Shown: positions 60,490-64,000 of the stretch, piece by piece
How the letters are laid out: the number at the start of each line of letters is the position of its first letter
Numbering within the stretch: the stretch's first letter is position 1
Assembly (NCBI GenBank): GCA_963716395.1
Contig: OY970309.1
Location: forward strand, 2,496,001-2,560,000
Direction: 5' to 3'
DNA length: 64,000 bases
Origin: an uncultured Fibrobacteria bacterium
GTDB lineage: Bacteria; Fibrobacterota; Fibrobacteria; UBA11236
Translations under genes and position numbers: made by a program
Notes under the pieces: model-generated
What the model saw: only the letters and a program-made list of their open reading frames with translations
The model's database searches: none
What the model was told of the DNA's origin: nothing

Positions 60490-62658
60490 CCAAGGTTCGC
60501 TACGACGACAAGATTGTCAAAATGTTCCTGCAAGCAACCCTGTTCTGGGGCGCGGTGGGTATGCTGGCCGGATTGACATTGGCCCTGCAATTGGCCGACT
60601 GGCATTTCAACTTCATGAAGTACGTCAATTTCGGCCGCCTGCGCCCGCTGCACACCAACGCCGTGATCTTCGCTTTCGCCGGCAATGCGATTTTCTGCGG
60701 CGTGTACTACTCCATCCAACGTCTGCTCAAGGTTCGCCTCTACAGCGACCTCTTGTCGCGCATTCATTTCTGGGGTTGGCAACTCATCATCTTGCTGGGA
60801 GGGGTCGGCTTTTTGTTCGGCATCACAACCGGGGAGGAATATGCCGAACTGGAATGGCCGCTCGACCTCGCCTTGGCCGTGATTTGGCTCATCTTCGCCT
60901 ATAACTTTTTCGCCACTTTGCTGCGCCGGCGCGAAAGGCACCTGTACGTGGCCATTTGGTTTTACATCGCCACCCTCATCACCATCACGCTCCTGCATGT
61001 GGTGCGCTCGCTGGAAATTCCGGTATCGCTGTTCAAAAGCTATCCCGTCTACGCGGGCGTGCAAGACGCCCTGGTGCAATGGTGGTACGGCCACAACGCG
61101 GTGGGCTTTTTCCTGACCACGCCTTTTCTGGGCATCATGTATTACTTCGTGCCCAAGGCCGCGGGGCGGCCGGTGTATTCGTACCGGCTTTCCATCATGC
61201 ATTTCTGGGCCCTGGTTTTTCTCTACATCTGGGCCGGTCCGCATCACCTGCTTTACACCGCCTTACCCGACTGGGCGCAAGACACGGGCATGGTGTTTTC
61301 GGTGATGCTGCTGGCGCCTTCGTGGGGCGGCATGATCAATGGCCTGCTGACGTTGCGCGGCGCCTGGGATAAGTTGCGCACCGAGCCCGTGCTCAAGTTC
61401 TTCGCGGCCTCCATCACCTTTTACGGCATGTCGACTTTCGAAGGTCCGCTCATGGCCATCAAGATCGGTGAATGCGCTCTCGCATTACACCGACTGGACC
61501 ATCGCGCATGTGCATGATGGCGCCCTGGGCTGGGTCGGCCTGATGATCTTCGGTATGATTTATTGGCTGGTGCCGCGGCTCTGGCGCACCAAGCTCTACA
61601 GCCAAGCCATGGCCAACGCACATTTCTGGTTGGCCCTGGTGGGTATTCTCTTTTACGTCGTGTCGCATGTGGGTCTCCGGCATCACCCAGGGGTTGATGT
61701 GGAAAGAATTCACCCCCGACGGCCTGCTGGCCTATCCCAGTTTCGTCGACATCGTGACCAAACTCAATCCGTTTTATTGGGGGCGGGCTTTCGGCGGCTT
61801 CCTCTACCTCTGCGGCTTGGTGGTGATGATCGTCAACGTGTGGCGCACGGCGAAGGCCGGCAGCTTTGCCGACGAAGAAGTCACCGTGCCCGATGCGGTT
61901 CCAGCCGCGACATGCTACCCAGCCACTGGCATGCGGTGCTGGAACGTAAGCCTTTGCTGCTGGGAATGATCGCTCTGTTGGTGGTGCTCATCGGCGGGAT
62001 CGTCGAGATGGTGCCGACTTTCCTCATTCGCAGCAACATCCCCACTATCGCCTCGGTGAAACCTTATACGCCGCTCGAACTCGAGGGGCGCGACATCTAT
62101 TTGCGCGAAGGCTGCTACAACTGCCATTCGCAGATGATCCGGCCCTTCCGCGACGAAGTCGAACGCTACGGCGAATATTCCAAACCCGGCGAATTCGTAT
62201 ATGACCATCCTTTTCAATGGGGATCCAAGCGCAACGGGCCCGACCTGCAGCGCGTGGGCGGCAAGTACAGCGATCTCTGGCATATCCGCCATCTGGATGA
62301 TCCGCGCTCGACTTCGCCCGGATCCATCATGCCGAGCTTCCATTTTCTGCTGGGCGAGAGACTGGACCTCAGCCTGCTGCCGCGCAAAATCAAGGTGATG
62401 CGCGAACTGGGCGTGCCCTATTCCGATTCGGTGGAGCACAATGCCATCGCGCTGGCCGAGGCCCAGGCCCAGGGTATCGCCGACGATTTGCAGCCCGAAG
62501 GGTTCAAGAATATGGCCGACAAAGAAGTCGTGGCGCTGATCGCCTACTTGCAGCGGCTCGGCACCGATATCAAAAGTCAAAATGTCGCCGCGGCCCCCGC
62601 TCCAGCGGAAGGGGTGGCCGCTTCCCCATCAAACCAAAAAGCAGGAGATTCACCATGA
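60486..62658 (+). pseudogene. ccoNO: Fused cbb3 oxidase subunit I/II (CcoN-CcoO), broken by at least three frameshifts (possibly sequencing errors)
   Basis: GRLRPLHTN, WWYGHN and WAGPHH in one frame. [11 protein letters not shown] after an extra A at about 61464. MWVSGITQG after an extra C at about 61666. Cco[12 protein letters not shown] after a further shift at about 61880-61920. Confidence 0.85.
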
Positions 62659-62852
62659 CAAATCTGGTACTGGAAAATGCGGGGCTCACGCTGTGGCCCA
62701 TTCTTTCTCTCTTCATCTTCGGTACGGCGTGCATCGCCATGGTGCTGTGGGTGTGCCGGTCCGGCTCTTCCCATCTCTATCGTCAGTTGGGTCAGATGGC
62801 CCTGGACGACGCCGGCGCCGCGCCCAAGCGCCCGACGGTCGGGGAGAAATAA
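62655..62852 (+). CDS. ccoQ: cbb3 oxidase small subunit
   Basis: 65 aa, single TM, ALDD. Lies between ccoO and ccoP. Confidence 0.7.
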   Translation: MTNLVLENAGLTLWPILSLFIFGTACIAMVLWVCRSGSSHLYRQLGQMALDDAGAAPKRPTVGEK

Positions 62853-62855
62853 GCC

Positions 62856-63446
62856 ATGGCCGAAGATATCATTCTCGATCACGGCAACGATTACGACGGG
62901 ATCAAGGAATACGACAATCCCTTGCCGCAATGGTTCGTGATGATGTTTTACGGCTGCATCGTCTTCGCCTTTCTGTACATGGGGTATTACACCGGCAAGA
63001 CCTGGGGTCTGGTCAAGGCCACGGGGCTGAGTCCGAATCTGGTGTATAGTGGAACCCGCTATGCGTTGCTGGTGCGTGAGGCCGACAAAGACCGCGCCGA
63101 TCATCCCTTTGTGGCGCCGCAGGGCGCGGCCCTGATGGCATTTCTCAAGTCGCCGGAGAATATTTCCCGCGGCGAGGGGCTGTTCAAGGCCAATTGCGTG
63201 CCGTGCCACGGCGAGCAGGCGCAGGGTATCATCGGGCCCAACCTCACCGACAAATATTGGCTGCACGGCGGCCAGCCGGCCGACATCATCCACAGCATCT
63301 CCTATGGCTGGAAAGACAAGGGCATGCCCACGTGGCTGCCCGTACTGGGGCCGGAAAAAGTGCATTGGCTGGCGGCGTACGTGTTGAGCCTCCAAGGTCG
63401 GCACGTCGATCATCCCAAGCCGCCACAAGGGGTATTGGTGCCGTGA
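62856..63446 (+). CDS. ccoP: cbb3 oxidase subunit III (monoheme form)
   Basis: DH..YDGIKEYDNPLPQW, CVPCHG, GPNLTDKYWLHGG, GMPTW. Confidence 0.92.
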   Translation: MAEDIILDHGNDYDGIKEYDNPLPQWFVMMFYGCIVFAFLYMGYYTGKTWGLVKATGLSPNLVYSGTRYALLVREADKDRADHPFVAPQGAALMAFLKSPENISRGEGLFKANCVPCHGEQAQGIIGPNLTDKYWLHGGQPADIIHSISYGWKDKGMPTWLPVLGPEKVHWLAAYVLSLQGRHVDHPKPPQGVLVP

Positions 63447-64000
63447 GTCCGGAAGCTCCCGGCGCGCCGAAAGCCGTTCCCGTCAAGATGGGCCTGGCCG
63501 AAAACGATGTCCAATCGACCATCGGGTCCGGCGGCAAGCGCGTCTGGATTTACGCCCGCGAAGTGGCGGGGCATTTCACCCAGCGGCGCACGGCTGTAGC
63601 CTGGGTGCTGCTTCTGCTCTATCTCGGCGTGCCCTGGGTGCATTGGAACGGATTGCCGCTGGTGCAGCTCGACATTTTCTCCCGCCGCCTGCTGGTGCTC
63701 GGCCACTCGTATTATCCGCAGGACCTCAAATTGTTTCTGCCCGGTTTTCTCGCCTTTATCGTGGTCGTGTTTCTGGTCACGGCCACTTGGGGACGCATCT
63801 GGTGCGGCTGGGCCTGTCCGCAAACCGTGTTTTTGCAATTCATCTTCGGGCCCATCGAAAAATGGGTTGAAGGCCGGGCTTCGGTGCGCAAGGCGCGTGA
63901 CGCCGCGGGTTTTTCCTGGGACTGGGTGTGGCGGAAAATCGTCAAAGAGGTCCTGTTTCTGCTGGTGGCTTTCGGCATCAGCAATACGGCGCTGGCCTAT
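63443..64000 (+). CDS. ccoG: cbb3 accessory 4Fe-4S protein, N-terminal part; runs off the window edge
   Basis: Manual translation: GKRVWIYAREVAGHF..RR, YPQD, GRIWCGWACPQTVF. GTG overlaps the ccoP stop. Confidence 0.92.
   Translation, partial: MSPEAPGAPKAVPVKMGLAENDVQSTIGSGGKRVWIYAREVAGHFTQRRTAVAWVLLLLYLGVPWVHWNGLPLVQLDIFSRRLLVLGHSYYPQDLKLFLPGFLAFIVVVFLVTATWGRIWCGWACPQTVFLQFIFGPIEKWVEGRASVRKARDAAGFSWDWVWRKIVKEVLFLLVAFGISNTALAY

Noticed and set aside
61440-61930. Programmed ribosomal frameshifting in ccoNO
   Set aside because: No slippery heptamers at the first two sites, and three successive shifts would give negligible full-length product.

Overview
GC-rich bacterial chromosome window. A TIGR02147-family gene, a GH54 enzyme with a C-terminal Ig/sorting-type domain and a fused ccoNO suggest a Fibrobacterota-like host (inference). 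1-33 kb is housekeeping and accessory DNA: branched-chain amino-acid genes (partial cimA with a leader-peptide attenuator, ilvE, leuB, ilvC), glycosyl-/methyltransferase envelope-modification genes, an EamA transporter behind a second attenuator, a Rieske/His-rich membrane protein/YceI operon, a decaying FitA/PIN toxin-antitoxin pair, ppk2, a TIGR02147 regulator-lipoprotein pair facing a spondin-repeat lipoprotein, and ffh-rpsP-rimM-trmD-rplS-recG. 33.2-58.4 kb is an 18-gene extracellular contractile injection system (eCIS, Afp/PVC-like) with sheath, tube, cap, AAA ATPase, hub, spike, baseplate and fibre genes. It ends in two DUF4157 cargo proteins, one with a second HExxH domain and one with a His-Me nuclease plus HhH-like tail. 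I found no capsid, integrase, lysis or obvious immunity genes. 59-64 kb is a cbb3 oxidase operon whose fused ccoNO has at least three frameshifts. All family assignments come from motif recognition by eye; no database search was run.
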